64,000 nucleotides of DNA, taken from a virus. Positions 41,739 through 50,624 of this stretch are shown piece by piece. The translations under genes were made by a program, and so were the position numbers. The notes beneath the pieces were generated by a model. The model searched no databases. It saw nothing but the letters and a program-made list of their open reading frames with translations, and was not told where the DNA came from. Every line of letters starts with the position of its first letter. The stretch's first letter is position 1. The stretch is from positions 1-64,000 of the IMG/VR virus record IMGVR_UViG_3300044683_000172. One strand, written 5' to 3'.

Positions 41739-42376
41739 GTGACGAACCGATTCAACAGAATCTTGTTACAGACGGATTTGACGATCCGGAAAGCAACGGC
41801 AGCATTCCGACATCCGCCTACTTCGAAGACACAGGTCCGGTCAGCAATGAAGAGCCTGCGACTTTGGAGGCTCTGAGCTTGATGGCCCGGAAGAGTGGCG
41901 AGTTGGAGGCCGAAATCATGGCGCTGGAAGTTCAACTGGCCGAGAAGACGGACCAACTGAACATCATCAAGCGCAAGAGCATGCCCGACATCATGGAGCG
42001 TCTGGGCTTTGAATCGTTCAAGATGGAAGATGGCCGAACCATTGAGATCGAGAAGAAGATCAATGCATCCATCAGCGCCGAGAACAAGCCGCTGGCATTC
42101 GCTTGGCTCCGCGAGCACAACTGTGACGGCATCATCAAGATGAAGGTCGGCACCGACTTCGGCAAGGGCGAAAGCGACTTGGCTGAAAAGGCAATCAAAG
42201 CGCTGCGCGAAGCCGGTTTCGATCCGAACGTTGACGAGAACGTTCACCCGGCCACGCTCAAGGCATTCGTCCGCGAGCAACTGGAAGAAGGCACCGATAT
42301 TCCAATCGATGTCTTCGGCATCTTCGAATTCAAAGAGGCAAAAATCAAATTGCCTCGGACATCGAAGCGCAAGTAA
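41735..42376 (+). CDS. hypothetical protein (coiled-coil; possibly Gp157-like)
   Basis: ATGA overlap. Acidic N-terminus, coiled coil, AFAWLREHNCDGIIKMKV segment. Weak family resemblance only. Confidence 0.55.
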   Translation: MSDEPIQQNLVTDGFDDPESNGSIPTSAYFEDTGPVSNEEPATLEALSLMARKSGELEAEIMALEVQLAEKTDQLNIIKRKSMPDIMERLGFESFKMEDGRTIEIEKKINASISAENKPLAFAWLREHNCDGIIKMKVGTDFGKGESDLAEKAIKALREAGFDPNVDENVHPATLKAFVREQLEEGTDIPIDVFGIFEFKEAKIKLPRTSKRK

Positions 42377-42432
42377 TCTAGCGCTTCCTCAACCGAGTAG
42401 TTTCAATTCAGTTTCAACAAGGAGCATCAAAT

Positions 42433-43287
42433 ATGGCAAAGAAAGAAGAGAATGCAGTGGTGGAAGTGAAGGCTGGCGCGCTGGCCACGGTTCCGGAATT
42501 CATGGACGTCGCCGACTTCGGCGCGGGCTTCGAAGGCACCGACAAGGACTCCTATGCGATCCCGTTCCTTCAAGTCCTGCAGAAGATGTCGCCGCTGGTC
42601 GATGAAGACAGTCCCAAGTACATCGAAGGCGCCAAGGCCGGCATGTTCTTCAATACCGTCACTGGTCGCCTGTACGATGGCAAAAACGGCCTGACCGTCA
42701 TCCCGTGCGCCTACAAGCGTTCCTTCATCCAGTGGGGTGCACGCGAGGCTGGCGGCGGCTTCAAGGGCGAGTTCACGCCTGAGCACGCCGAGCAGATGGT
42801 GGCTGAAGGCAAGTGGCTGCAGATCGAGAACCGCATCTACGTTCCGGACGAAAACGGCAAGGTCGATCCGAAGAAGCAGGACTACGTTGCCGACACGCGA
42901 TCCCACTTCATCGTCGGCATCGATCCCGAAACCAACGAAACGTTCCGCGCGATCCTCTCGCTGGCTTCCTCGCAGATCAAGGCCAGCCGCAACCTGATGA
43001 CGTCGCTGAGCCAGAAGAAAGTCACGCTGCCGGACGGCTCGAAGCGCACGCCGCCGACGTTTGCCAACCTGGTCCAACTGACGACCGTCGGCCAGACGAA
43101 CGATCAGGGCTCCTGGTCCGGCGTCGTCTTCAAACTGGACGGCACGATCACTGACAAGGCGCTGTTCGAAGAGGCCAAGGACTTCCACAAGTCCATCGCG
43201 GCCGGCGAAGTGAAGGTGGACTACAGCAAGGCGGCAGACGATGGCACCAGCGCCAGCGACAAGCCGCAAGAAGCCGAAGGGTTCTAA
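42433..43287 (+). CDS. hypothetical protein; possible ssDNA-binding/recombination protein
   Basis: 284 aa. Acidic C-terminal tail ending EAEGF, like SSB-type interaction tails. Lies in the replication/recombination neighbourhood. Function not established. Confidence 0.5.
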   Translation: MAKKEENAVVEVKAGALATVPEFMDVADFGAGFEGTDKDSYAIPFLQVLQKMSPLVDEDSPKYIEGAKAGMFFNTVTGRLYDGKNGLTVIPCAYKRSFIQWGAREAGGGFKGEFTPEHAEQMVAEGKWLQIENRIYVPDENGKVDPKKQDYVADTRSHFIVGIDPETNETFRAILSLASSQIKASRNLMTSLSQKKVTLPDGSKRTPPTFANLVQLTTVGQTNDQGSWSGVVFKLDGTITDKALFEEAKDFHKSIAAGEVKVDYSKAADDGTSASDKPQEAEGF

Positions 43288-43311
43288 GCAGAGCCAGCAC
43301 AAAAGGGTAAG

Positions 43312-43345
43312 ATAAGGGCCGGGCGATCCGGCCCTTATTCTACTC
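43312..43345 (+). terminator. hairpin terminator (weak T-run)
   Basis: ATAAGGGCCGG-GCGAT-CCGGCCCTTAT. Confidence 0.45.
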
Positions 43346-43356
43346 AGGAGCAAATC

Positions 43357-43680
43357 ATGTTTAACAAAGGCATCTTGGCGGCAATTGGCGCTGCACTTCT
43401 GGCTGTTTTGTACGCAATCAAGCGGCTGTTCGATTCGAAGCAGGAAAAGGATCAACGCGCGGAAGTTGCGAATGCCGCCAATTCGGTTGCAGAAAAGGCA
43501 AATGGCAATGCAAAAACGGCATCCGAAATCGCCAATATGACGGCCGAAGATATGGCCAAGGAGTTGTCCAATGTACAAGTCCAAACTGATGCTGATCGTG
43601 GCGCCGTTGCTTCTGGCGGCCTGCGCGACGGTTCCGACGCCCTCAACGCCGCAATTGATCGCGCCAACGGTCGCGTGTAA
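43357..43680 (+). CDS. i-spanin (Rz-like)
   Basis: N-terminal TM MFNKGILAAIGAALLAVLYAI plus a charged helical periplasmic part. Its 3' end contains the start of an out-of-frame lipoprotein gene. Confidence 0.55.
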   Translation: MFNKGILAAIGAALLAVLYAIKRLFDSKQEKDQRAEVANAANSVAEKANGNAKTASEIANMTAEDMAKELSNVQVQTDADRGAVASGGLRDGSDALNAAIDRANGRV

Positions 43681-43879
43681 CGAGAACGCGGCGCCCGCTC
43701 TGCTCCCCAAGTATCCGACCGCCCCCGAGGTCGAAGACGCCATTTCGCTGAAGGCTTACAGCAAGCAACAGCAGGCGTGGGCAGTGGAAGCAATCGGCGC
43801 CTATTCGCAGGAGCGTGCAAAGCGTCGCGCAACTGCGGAATGCCTCAACAAACTCCGCCAACGAGGAATTATCAACTAA
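43571..43879 (+). CDS. o-spanin (Rz1-like outer-membrane lipoprotein)
   Basis: Lipobox LLLAAC, Pro-rich mature N-terminus. Starts inside the i-spanin gene in another frame (overlapped architecture). AGGAG SD. Confidence 0.6.
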   Translation: MYKSKLMLIVAPLLLAACATVPTPSTPQLIAPTVACNENAAPALLPKYPTAPEVEDAISLKAYSKQQQAWAVEAIGAYSQERAKRRATAECLNKLRQRGIIN

Positions 43880-43889
43880 GGAGAAGTGA

Positions 43890-44453
43890 ATGACTGAATA
43901 CAACATTTCCATCCAAGACCTTTTCGCTGCCGTCGTTGCCTGGGCGAAAGCGCGCAATCTCATCGCAGGCAGCGATCCGAAGACGCAAACGCTCAAGACC
44001 GTCAGCGAATTCGCCGAGATCGGCGCTGGCATCTTCAAAGAAGACATCGACGAAATCAAGGACGGATTGGGCGACACCCTTGTCACCGTGATCATCGTCG
44101 CGGCGCAGCTTGGCAAGGACGCATATGATGCATTCGAAACGAAAATCAGCCTGGAAAGCGAGCTTGGCGAAGATTTCGAAATGTACAACTACGAACTGGC
44201 AAGCGCAACGCTGGGGCTGATGGCCGACAACGTCATCAAGGGGCAAGTCAACGACTACATGATCAATCTCGCCGTGTTCATCCAGCTGCTTGCCGATATC
44301 GCCGAATCCCGCAGTTGCAGCCTTCACGACTGTCTGGCCGCTGCCTACGATGAGATCAAGGACCGCAAGGGCGTGATGTACCACGGCGCCTTCATCAAGG
44401 ATTCGGACCCGCGCTATGCAGGCGCCTGCGCCGAACTTGGCCTGGAGGCTTAA
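43890..44453 (+). CDS. MazG-like NTP pyrophosphohydrolase
   Basis: TQTLKTVSEFAEIGAGIFKEDIDEIKDGLGDTLVTVIIVAAQLG and C-terminal AYDEIKDRKG fit the MazG/dimeric dUTPase-like pattern. Confidence 0.7.
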   Translation: MTEYNISIQDLFAAVVAWAKARNLIAGSDPKTQTLKTVSEFAEIGAGIFKEDIDEIKDGLGDTLVTVIIVAAQLGKDAYDAFETKISLESELGEDFEMYNYELASATLGLMADNVIKGQVNDYMINLAVFIQLLADIAESRSCSLHDCLAAAYDEIKDRKGVMYHGAFIKDSDPRYAGACAELGLEA

Positions 44454-44454
44454 C

Positions 44455-44664
44455 ATGCCGCGACGCCCTGGCCAATCCATCTGGTACATCGACGCCCACG
44501 GCAACGTCCAAGTCGGGTCATTCATCAACGAGCGCGACGGCAACGTGACGCTCGGTGTGGCCGGCGCTGGAACGATTACGGTGCGAGACATCAACACGTT
44601 CAACACCGAAGTCGCGGCGAACCGCGCCCAGGTCAATCGATGGTCGGCCAAATCTGGCCATTGA
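44455..44664 (+). CDS. hypothetical protein
   Basis: ATG 1 nt after the upstream stop. 69 aa. Confidence 0.5.
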   Translation: MPRRPGQSIWYIDAHGNVQVGSFINERDGNVTLGVAGAGTITVRDINTFNTEVAANRAQVNRWSAKSGH

Positions 44665-44744
44665 TGGACTGCTGATCTAGACCTATCATAAAGGCTCTGA
44701 CGATTCAGGGCCTTTATCACATTCAACAAGAAAGGAAAGAACTC

Positions 44745-45668
44745 ATGACCGACATCAAGAAGCCGATGCTTGCCCCGAATGATGAATTCGATGCTGACAC
44801 CTGCAAATTCCCCAAGCAGTGCTCGCCCAAGATCGATGGATTCCGCGCCTTCAACCAAGACGGCGTGATGTACACCCGCAGCGGCAAGCCGATTGCCAAT
44901 GAATTCACGCAGTCGCTGTTTTCACGAATCGAGTTCAGCGGCCTGGATGGTGAACTGGTTGTTGGCGAGCCGAACCATCCTGATGTCTTCAATAACAGCC
45001 AAGGTCCGCTGCGTCGGAAAGAAGGTGATCCTGGCGCTCGATGGTTTATCTTCGATGATCGAACTGATCCGACGCTGCCGTTTGAAGAGCGCATCCAGAT
45101 CGCCCATGCGCGCGTCTTTCAAATGCAACGGGAAGGAGTTCCGGGCTGCGATCGACTTGTGGCGCTGCCGCACATCATGATCCACGACAAGGATCATCTT
45201 GATCAATGCAAGTCCGACAACCTCAAAGACGGCTACGAAGGGACCATGCTGCGCGACCCGCAGGGCGTCTACAAGTTCGGCCGAGCCACGTACAAAGAGC
45301 AATTGCTGCTGAAGGTTAAGGACTTGGTTCACGAAGAAGGAACTATTCTCTATCTGGAAGAACAGATGATCAATGAGAATGAAGCTTTCAAGGACGAACT
45401 CGGTCGCACGAAGCGCTCTCAGCACTCCGAAAACATGGTTCCATCCGGCATGGCTGGCGCAGTGTGGATGAAGAACGATAAGTGGCCCGAACCTTTCAAG
45501 ATTTCCCTGGGCTCTGTGACGCACGAAGAGAAGAAGCGGATGTGGGCCTGCCGCGACCACTTCGTCGGGTGCATCGGAGCCTACAAGTACTTCGGCTACG
45601 GCTCAATCAACGCGCCGCGCCAAGGCGTTTGGAAGGGGTTGCGCTCGCCGGACGATATGGGCGAATAA
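44745..45668 (+). CDS. ATP-dependent DNA ligase
   Basis: Adenylation motif SPKIDGFRAF (KxDG), EGTMLRD, FGRATYKEQLLLKVK. Confidence 0.9.
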   Translation: MTDIKKPMLAPNDEFDADTCKFPKQCSPKIDGFRAFNQDGVMYTRSGKPIANEFTQSLFSRIEFSGLDGELVVGEPNHPDVFNNSQGPLRRKEGDPGARWFIFDDRTDPTLPFEERIQIAHARVFQMQREGVPGCDRLVALPHIMIHDKDHLDQCKSDNLKDGYEGTMLRDPQGVYKFGRATYKEQLLLKVKDLVHEEGTILYLEEQMINENEAFKDELGRTKRSQHSENMVPSGMAGAVWMKNDKWPEPFKISLGSVTHEEKKRMWACRDHFVGCIGAYKYFGYGSINAPRQGVWKGLRSPDDMGE

Positions 45669-45836
45669 TCGCCGTTTTCGTGGGCCGAAAGTCGCGGCCA
45701 GACGGTCGCGACGACCTAAACTTTCGCCTTATTTTGTGTACGTTCGGGAGCCAATTTTAAGTCAGAATCGAGTAGTAACGTTCATTTGTATCATATATGC
45801 TTTAATCATCACAGAAAGATTAGAAAGGATCAAAAC

Positions 45837-46220
45837 ATGGACCATACTATCACGCTCAACCGAAACGGCGCAACAAGGACGATTCCGGTTGGCTTCAGCT
45901 GGACAACGCTTTTCTTTGCCATCGCGCCTTCGATCATCCGCAATCACTGGTCGTTCGTTTGGTATTGGTGCTTTGCGAACTTTCTGTCCATTCTTGCGGT
46001 CTTAGCCTGTGTCAATCTCGCTGAGGCGTATCCGGAAGCCGCGAGCAACTTCAGCATTCTCAGCGTCTTCGCCCTGTTCTTCGGGCACGTTTGGTGCGCC
46101 GTCTACCGAAACGAAATGCTGCTGAAGCACCTGATCAAGGATGGCTGGCAACTCGGATTCATTCAGCCGGTTAAAGTGAAGGCGGCTGTAGAGCTAAACG
46201 GCGAATCGGCCAATCAATAA
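45837..46220 (+). CDS. multi-pass membrane protein (DUF2628-like; holin candidate)
   Basis: ATG after an AGAAAGGATCAAAAC leader. Hydrophobic spans FSWTTLFFAIAP..., FVWYWCFANFLSILAVLACV, ILSVFALFFGHVWCAV. Confidence 0.55.
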   Translation: MDHTITLNRNGATRTIPVGFSWTTLFFAIAPSIIRNHWSFVWYWCFANFLSILAVLACVNLAEAYPEAASNFSILSVFALFFGHVWCAVYRNEMLLKHLIKDGWQLGFIQPVKVKAAVELNGESANQ

Positions 46221-46230
46221 GGAGGGCATC

Positions 46231-46926
46231 ATGCTCAAGCGTATTTCCAAGTTCAAACTCAATGGATGGTTCGTTCTCGGCCTGTTCATCGCGGCCATCC
46301 TCTTGGCCAACGTCGCAGCCCAGCGCGGCAAAGACGCCCAAAAATCGGCCGGCAATATCATTGCTTCTCTGCCCGTTTCGGATGCAAAGATTGTTGACGG
46401 AACGATCCAAAAGAAGCTCAAGGTGACCGTCGATCCCAAGAATGGCCAGCAGATGTATGGATCGACAAACTATCTGGCTTGGCGTGACGAAATCACAGGC
46501 GGCAAATATTGGAATTTGATGACGTTCAGTTCCGATCAAACGCAGGCCATTTCCATCGTCCAGAACCCCAGCGGGCGCGGCGCGGTTTTCGTGTTTCCGA
46601 GGTGGCTCGCCGCCGACATGGATGGCAACGTCATCGTTCAAGCGCGCTTCACAATGCGCGATGGAACGGCCGTCGTTCGGGAGTACCGGGCGCGCCTGTC
46701 TGTCGTCCGCGAGACGATGAATCAGGCCGTGTTGCTGACGAAAGAAGCGTCCAATGACCTGGCAGCCCTCATGACGACATCCGTCCACGTCGCGGCCCGA
46801 GCGCCAGCCGCCAATGGCGAAGACACATTCATCCGGCTGCAGATCGACCCGGTTGATTGGATGGCGTCGATTCGAAATGAGCGGATTGTGCCGCTGGATG
46901 AAACGATAAACGGGAAGCAATCATGA
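46231..46926 (+). CDS. membrane-anchored hypothetical protein
   Basis: 231 aa with N-terminal anchor WFVLGLFIAAILLANVAA. Confidence 0.6.
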   Translation: MLKRISKFKLNGWFVLGLFIAAILLANVAAQRGKDAQKSAGNIIASLPVSDAKIVDGTIQKKLKVTVDPKNGQQMYGSTNYLAWRDEITGGKYWNLMTFSSDQTQAISIVQNPSGRGAVFVFPRWLAADMDGNVIVQARFTMRDGTAVVREYRARLSVVRETMNQAVLLTKEASNDLAALMTTSVHVAARAPAANGEDTFIRLQIDPVDWMASIRNERIVPLDETINGKQS

Positions 46927-47090
46927 GGATTGCCCTGGTTTTTGTTCTTCTAGTGTTAACGGGATGTAGTACAATTCAGGAGCGCTATTCTCGCGCCTAT
47001 GAACGCCATCCCTGCGGCAACATCTGGGACTACTGCCCAGGAGATAACGAGTTCATTGACCAACTCAATAAGATTCTCCAGGGGAAATAG
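46923..47090 (+). CDS. small lipoprotein (55 aa)
   Basis: MRIALVFVLLVLTGCS lipobox. ATGA overlap with the upstream stop. Confidence 0.5.
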   Translation: MRIALVFVLLVLTGCSTIQERYSRAYERHPCGNIWDYCPGDNEFIDQLNKILQGK

Positions 47091-47092
47091 TG

Positions 47093-47329
47093 ATGTTCCG
47101 TCGATTCAGAAAGCCGCGCGCAGTTGAAGGGTCGGTATTCTCGCCAGCCAGCAAGGAAACTACCGACCAATTGACCATCGTCTTGATCAAGTTGATCGGC
47201 GAGACGGTCCACGGGAAGCTTCTGAGGGCGGCCCTGGTCGGCGCGGTTTCGGCGGGAACGTACTATGCCACGGACACAGGGCAAACGCCCAATCCAACGC
47301 ATCAAGTCGCCGTCAAACCGGCGCAATAA
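47093..47329 (+). CDS. hypothetical protein
   Basis: ATG at 47093 (GTG at 47090). 78 aa. Confidence 0.45.
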   Translation: MFRRFRKPRAVEGSVFSPASKETTDQLTIVLIKLIGETVHGKLLRAALVGAVSAGTYYATDTGQTPNPTHQVAVKPAQ

Positions 47330-47356
47330 AAAGGGCTCCAATCGGAGCCCTTTTCT
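47329..47356. terminator. bidirectional rho-independent terminator between convergent genes
   Basis: AAAAGGGCTCC-AATC-GGAGCCCTTTT lies exactly between stop codons at 47327 and 47357. Confidence 0.75.
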
Positions 47357-47809
47357 TTACTTGATCCATCCCGGCATATAACCCGTGCCGGTCTTGATGG
47401 TCAGAAGTTGCCGTCGTGGCTTCTGGCCTGCAGGAGCAAGACCGATGTGGACCCAACGACCGAATTCATGGATGAGTTGATCAAACTCGATTCCGGCGCG
47501 TTGGATTGCGAGTCCGAATTCATACGGCGTCATGCCCGGCTGGTTGATGTCCGCAGCGAGACCTAGAACATGGGCGCTGTTCGCGGCGCCGCCAACGGCC
47601 TTGTTGAGCTCAGGGCAACGGTAGCCGCTGGTGACGATGATCGGCTTGTTGCCGGCTGCCTTGGAGCGTACTTCTTCCAGCGTCTGCGCCGTCCGAAGAA
47701 GATTGGCCAGGGCGAAGTCCGACGGCGTGTTGTCGATTCCGCGACGCGCGGCTGTATCGCTGGCCGTGAGCTCTGCCAGGGTGAAGTGCGTAGTCAGTTG
47801 ATTGTTCAT
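47357..47809 (-). CDS. endolysin, peptidase M15 family
   Basis: HFTLAELTASDTAARRGIDNTP and VTSGYRCPELNKAVGGAANSAHVLGLAADI. ATG at 47809 has a GGAG SD and an ATGA overlap with the upstream gene. The ORF track start is 47827. Confidence 0.9.
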   Translation of the reverse strand: MNNQLTTHFTLAELTASDTAARRGIDNTPSDFALANLLRTAQTLEEVRSKAAGNKPIIVTSGYRCPELNKAVGGAANSAHVLGLAADINQPGMTPYEFGLAIQRAGIEFDQLIHEFGRWVHIGLAPAGQKPRRQLLTIKTGTGYMPGWIK

Positions 47810-48216
47810 TTCGGCATCTCCGGCCATTGGATGTTTTGCGGGAAACCTTCTTGCAACGGAAGATCGCGAAGGGCCTGTCTCACGGCGCCAATTTCCTTCA
47901 TGGCTTCCTGGTCGCCAGATTCCAGGGCCTTCATGAATGGGCCGTCCGTCTTGGCCAATAGAGTGTCGCGCTGGGCGCGCGCGATATAGGACGCCACCGC
48001 GCTTTTCGCCTCGTCACCGTATTTTTGGACAAGTTCCTTCAACTCGTCTTCGCTCGGTTGAGGAATGTCTTCCCGGAACCAGAAATAGATCGCGGCTTCC
48101 TTCCCCTGCTGGTTCGTTTCTGGGTCGATCTCAGCGCCAACAAGGAAGTCAACGCCCTGCTTCAGATTCGGATACTTCTTCTGAATACAATAAGTCAATT
48201 CGTCATGAGTTACCAT
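47806..48216 (-). CDS. tail fibre assembly protein / chaperone
   Basis: 136 aa directly downstream of the fibre gene. C-terminal RQALRDLPLQEGFPQNIQWPEMP is typical of tail fibre assembly proteins. Confidence 0.7.
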   Translation of the reverse strand: MVTHDELTYCIQKKYPNLKQGVDFLVGAEIDPETNQQGKEAAIYFWFREDIPQPSEDELKELVQKYGDEAKSAVASYIARAQRDTLLAKTDGPFMKALESGDQEAMKEIGAVRQALRDLPLQEGFPQNIQWPEMPK

Positions 48217-48225
48217 TTGAACCTC

Positions 48226-49944
48226 TTATGATTGAATCACCACTGCGCCGCGAAGCCAAACGATGGTGGTGTTTCCCTGGTTGCGCATGCCGCACATGAA
48301 GTACGGAGTCGGGATATCATACGTTTGGTCGCCGCCTGCCGAGATGTTGATTGCGCCGAATTCCACGACGCCGCCTCGTGCTGCGGTCGCGCCATTGATT
48401 GCAACGGCGCCAACTCCGCTGACTTGCGGCCTCTGCTCGAAAGTGGCGATCCCTGTAGCGCGAGAAATCAGGAGCGCGTTATTCAGATAGGTGCCATTGT
48501 CCGAGTATCTTGCCAGAACAAAGCTGCTGCCTGCATTGCCACCGGTTTCACCATCACCAGCACCGCCCATGAACCAACGTTGGATATTGTTGGTCAATGC
48601 GAACATTCCTCTGAGCGTGCCTGCTCCGGAGCTGACGTTCACTTGGCTGTTGTTTCCAAGCGCTCCGTTTGTGACGCTCAAGATGCCGTCAAAAGATATC
48701 GTCCCGAGTCGTCTGTTTATGATCATCGGAACATTGATGATCGATCCATCGTCTGCGTATCGCTCAATTCTGAAGTTGCTTCCGTTGTTGCTGCCGCTCT
48801 CGCCGTCCGCAGAGGATGCAATAACCCACCTAGCATTGTTGTTCGTTGAGAACAGAACGTACTTAGGTTGATTCAAAATCCCGTTGACGACCAAAGTCGC
48901 AGCCCCATTCAGCGGTGAAATCCCCAGATTGCCAGTCAGCGTTCCGCCAGTAAGAGGGAGATATTTACTGGGATCAAAATTGCCGCTATCCCACGGAGTC
49001 TTACCGGCCCACTTTGGCTGATATTTGAAATTGAATACACCATCAGCCCGACCGACAACGACAACATCATCAATATAACTTCCATTGTCTGCGTACCGGC
49101 TGATGGCATAGCTGGACCCTGCATTGGCCCCAGTCTCTGCATCCGATCCACGGCCGACTTGCCAACGCATCGACCCGTTCGTCAGGTATTTGTTGAATGC
49201 GCCGTTGGCTGCTGCAGTGCTGATGCTGATGTTGCCGCTGAACGTATCGCCTGCCAAATTCGCCGCGACAATCCAGTTGGACCATGCACCATTGGTCGCG
49301 CCGCGAACCATGATTCGACCGGTTCTCGCCGAGTATCGCTGGATGACGTTCGTGTTGGAGCCATCCTTCCAGGTCTTGACTTCGAGCATGCCGCTGACGA
49401 CAGTGCCCAAGTTGGCGCAGCCTGCGGCGACGGCGTCATTCTGGATTTCGTAAGTCGCATTCGCCGTGAGCGTGTTGAGATCGACAGGAGCGCCGATGAC
49501 TTCCGCTGACGGCGTGCCGGCGCCAGAAGGCATCGGGACATACGGAATGATGTCACTGACCTGCTGCACATAGGACCACTTGTCAGGGTTGCCAGTCGGG
49601 TCCGAAACGTTGTTTTGGACCAAGGACCGGTAGGGGCGCCACACGCCGTCTGCGCCTTGACGCATCACGAATGCGTTTTGGGCGTAGCCGTTAGGCATGT
49701 TGGAGAACCATGGCGAAAAACCGAACTGCTGCCAAACTTGGACGTTCGAAGTCAGCAAGTTGAACAGATAGTTCTGAACGCCGCGCTCCACCGCCTTGGC
49801 CTGCGGGTCGCCACTCGAAAGGCTGATTTCATAATACTTCGTATAGCCTTCGGTATTGTTGACGAATCCGTTCGGATCGGTATCCGGAGTGGCAGTTTTG
49901 TCGCCTTGGTCGGCAAACGGAATTTTGATCAGATCAGCGGACAT
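48226..49944 (-). CDS. tail fibre protein
   Basis: 572 aa. N-terminus KIPFADQGDKTATPDTDPNGFVNNTEGYTKYYE is typical of the baseplate-attachment region. Repetitive Gly/Asn/Ser-rich shaft. Confidence 0.8.
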   Translation of the reverse strand: MSADLIKIPFADQGDKTATPDTDPNGFVNNTEGYTKYYEISLSSGDPQAKAVERGVQNYLFNLLTSNVQVWQQFGFSPWFSNMPNGYAQNAFVMRQGADGVWRPYRSLVQNNVSDPTGNPDKWSYVQQVSDIIPYVPMPSGAGTPSAEVIGAPVDLNTLTANATYEIQNDAVAAGCANLGTVVSGMLEVKTWKDGSNTNVIQRYSARTGRIMVRGATNGAWSNWIVAANLAGDTFSGNISISTAAANGAFNKYLTNGSMRWQVGRGSDAETGANAGSSYAISRYADNGSYIDDVVVVGRADGVFNFKYQPKWAGKTPWDSGNFDPSKYLPLTGGTLTGNLGISPLNGAATLVVNGILNQPKYVLFSTNNNARWVIASSADGESGSNNGSNFRIERYADDGSIINVPMIINRRLGTISFDGILSVTNGALGNNSQVNVSSGAGTLRGMFALTNNIQRWFMGGAGDGETGGNAGSSFVLARYSDNGTYLNNALLISRATGIATFEQRPQVSGVGAVAINGATAARGGVVEFGAINISAGGDQTYDIPTPYFMCGMRNQGNTTIVWLRGAVVIQS

Positions 49945-50624
49945 TATGGCACCAAAGTGACTGTGATTTTACTTCCTGCAAATTGCGGCAGGATTCCGTA
50001 TTCAGTTTCTTGCAGAAGGTTCGTGAATTGCGCCGAAAGATTCAAGCCCGAGCCGAAGAGATATTCAATTTGGAACGGCCCTTGAGCGCCAGACACGTGA
50101 GTTACATCACGAACCACGGCAAACTTTTTCGCCGTGTAGTCATATGCAGCGTCTGGAGAAAAAATGTTCTTCAACATCCGGTTGACGAATTCGATTCGAC
50201 CATTGCTCACCAGCGCGGCATATCGCAGAAGTAGGGCATATCTGACTTCCGTAAGACTCGTCAAGGTCGTTCGGCCACCACCATAGAAGTTACCGCCAAT
50301 GGTATTTGGATTCTGCAACCCAGGGCTCAGGCTCGGGTCCCATTTGAAGTTTTGACGGTTCTTTCCGTATGCCCATGCATTGGAAGTTCCTTGAAGGCCG
50401 AACAGCTGAGAAGGAACCCCAAGAATCACACACCACACCATCAGGCCGAAAGTGTTGGCCGTCTTCAAGTTGAAGACGTTCGTTTGCCATGCATCCCAGA
50501 ATGCTTTGTTATTCAGATCGTACCATTTGGCCTTTGCCTGAATGATAGATTGAATTCTGGGAGCGTTCGACTGGAGCCACTTCAGCGCTTGCTGAATGTC
50601 TCCATTCCAAATGGGCATGCTCAT
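49944..50624 (-). CDS. baseplate wedge protein (DUF2612-like)
   Basis: MPIWNGDIQQALKWLQSNAPRIQSII...FGLMVWCVILGVP fits the DUF2612 pattern. Lies between the baseplate J and fibre genes. Confidence 0.65.
   Translation of the reverse strand: MSMPIWNGDIQQALKWLQSNAPRIQSIIQAKAKWYDLNNKAFWDAWQTNVFNLKTANTFGLMVWCVILGVPSQLFGLQGTSNAWAYGKNRQNFKWDPSLSPGLQNPNTIGGNFYGGGRTTLTSLTEVRYALLLRYAALVSNGRIEFVNRMLKNIFSPDAAYDYTAKKFAVVRDVTHVSGAQGPFQIEYLFGSGLNLSAQFTNLLQETEYGILPQFAGSKITVTLVP

Noticed and set aside
44688-44717. 13-bp hairpin (ATAAAGGCTCTGA-CGAT-TCAGGGCCTTTAT, one G-U pair) upstream of the ligase gene. Considered as a terminator.
   Set aside because: It is not followed by a T-run (CACATTC). It may be a weak or factor-dependent terminator or an mRNA stabiliser. 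There is not enough evidence to call it.
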